A DNA stretch of 64,000 nt from Spongospora subterranea f. sp. subterranea (lineage: Eukaryota), in NCBI GenBank assembly GCA_049724395.1, contig JAUGWO010000007.1:62001-126000 (forward strand). Direction: 5' to 3'. The notes beneath the pieces were generated by a model that was not told the origin of the DNA, did no database searches, and saw only the letters and a list, made by a program, of their open reading frames with translations. This document shows positions 62,376 through 64,000 of this stretch, piece by piece. Position 1 is the stretch's first letter, and every line of letters starts with the position of its first letter. A program made the position numbers and the translations under genes.

Positions 62376-64000
62376 CTTTTTTTTACCACGAAAGATCTCA
62401 TCGTGGACGTCAAAGGCGTGGGATCTTTGGACAGTATAAAATCCTACAGCTGCGGAAACGGATTTTCTGAAATGGAACCAGGTTCTACAGAGACATGCAG
62501 TATTATGGAAGAATTAGTATGGCATGAACGCAATCCTCTTCCTTACGGTGATGGTTTGCGACTTTCCAATGGTATGGTAAGATTCTGTACATTCCCCCTT
62601 TTGAAAATCTCGTATGCTGGCAAGTGATATTAGGTCGGGGTGTTTGAGCAGGATAGGGACATCCACGATCTGGTTGAGAGCGTTGATGTCGATGACGAAA
62701 TATACCTTCACTGATAGGCTACCCTTCGTTTTCAATAATGACCCAGCGGAGGCTGTTCTCTCGGAAGGTGCCAGAAATTCAGGCTAAAAGCTTGTGACGC
62801 TGTTCCACTACTTGCAGATCGCAGTCCGCTGGTGGAACTTGAGTAAGTACTGTTGACCAACATTCTTGCGATGCGCCTGAGAACAGACAAGCTAGCCAAT
62901 CGTCTTTCGGTGTGCAAGACGTTCAAATTTGATACTTGTTCCTTGCTATTTTGAAAACTTTCAACATGAGTCATTCCCCATTGCTCAGAAGGACTCGTCG
63001 ACGAGCTGATTTCTTACAGCTCACAACAACACGAGTTGCGGCTAACAACAGCTCCTGAAGTGGATCCATAAGTTGAGCGCACTGGGAACGTTTCGGCGGT
63101 TCCAGTTCAATGCGCAAACGAATTGTTGGAGATCGACAGCTCGAACTTGGTGGTGCCATTGAACAAACCCCTGAATGAAAGAGTGACTCCTTGTGGTGTT
63201 ATACTATGCCCTGTCCCATTTGTATAAAGATTTCAAACGATCTGGATTACACTTAATATCAGCCGTCGCCATAGCTTAGAGTTGTTTCTTCACCACCGTC
63301 ATATGGTGCAATGGGGAGTCTTTTATGGCATAATTCAGAACATCATTGAGCCATAACAGAGCGCAGACCTAAAGCAAGTTCTGTAGAACTTCTTGCATCC
63401 ACGCTTGAAATGCCGCCAATGAGTACGATCCCCTGGATCAGTCATCGTGGTGTAAAACCAGCTTCGTGCAATGAACACGCTTGTTATGATTTGGGGTAAA
63501 ATGGGAACTGCCAATATCTCTTTCAAACAGTCTAAAAGAATATATGACGACCCGTTACGAAGGTATCCGAGGAGTATGTTTATATGCGGCATCGGCCATA
63601 CGATGGGTTCGATCGACTTGTTAATTGCAACATTATCGACTGTCCATTCTGTATCCTCTCTTTTCCTGGTTTGGGTTTAAACTAACGCGGCTGATGCATC
63701 TCGACTGCGAGGGTGTCTGTAGACGTAATTCTCCTTCTCCAATGTCTGTGTGTGTGTTCATGTAAAAATGTTTGGTATGGAACGGGATAGCGTCGCGTTT
63801 ACAGGGGTGGTGCATTGCGTCAGGTTTACGGTGTGGGCATTGTGGTGTGACTTTTGCTGGAGGATCATTTTCAAGGCTGGCTCGCCAAAATATCGAAACT
63901 GAACACCATCTGTAGTACCAAGCTTTGTCGTGCATGGGATTCCCCTTTAAATGTCCCTATTTACCATATTGTCGATTGCCTTTTGGTGTTGAGATTGTCA

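Noticed and set aside
62500..64000. Short minus-strand ORFs at the window end
   Set aside because: Could not be joined into a gene or assigned to a TE family.

Overview
Compact, intron-rich eukaryotic nuclear DNA with many ~50-80 nt GT-AG introns and very short intergenic gaps. ZMYND12 and MND1 point to a flagellated microbial eukaryote with meiosis genes. The gene style is plasmodiophorid/protist-like, but I cannot confirm the taxon from sequence alone. Recognisable genes: ZIP7/KE4-type zinc transporter, EH+LRR protein, PGAP1/BST1, F-BAR protein, PRA1, protoglobin, RI-like LRR protein, CMTR2-like cap methyltransferase, ASCC2, MND1, tafazzin, ZMYND12, UPF2, a chromodomain protein, a kinesin, eIF3a, a KKPTT mucin-like membrane protein, tRNA-Leu(AAG) and tRNA-Trp(CCA). 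Mobile-element debris includes two Copia remnants and a DDE transposase fragment; one Copia remnant and the DDE fragment each carry a long fold-back inverted repeat. The most unusual locus is 40.0-43.7 kb. It has a CRESS-DNA-virus-type HUH Rep gene that can be reassembled through two canonical spliceosomal introns. Upstream are hairpins and iteron-like motifs. Downstream is a 2.1 kb array of 54-bp repeats that shares motifs with the upstream hairpin, and its three clustered recurrent variant sites are all synonymous in a minus-strand His-rich reading frame. Gene boundaries were spliced by eye and are approximate where stated.
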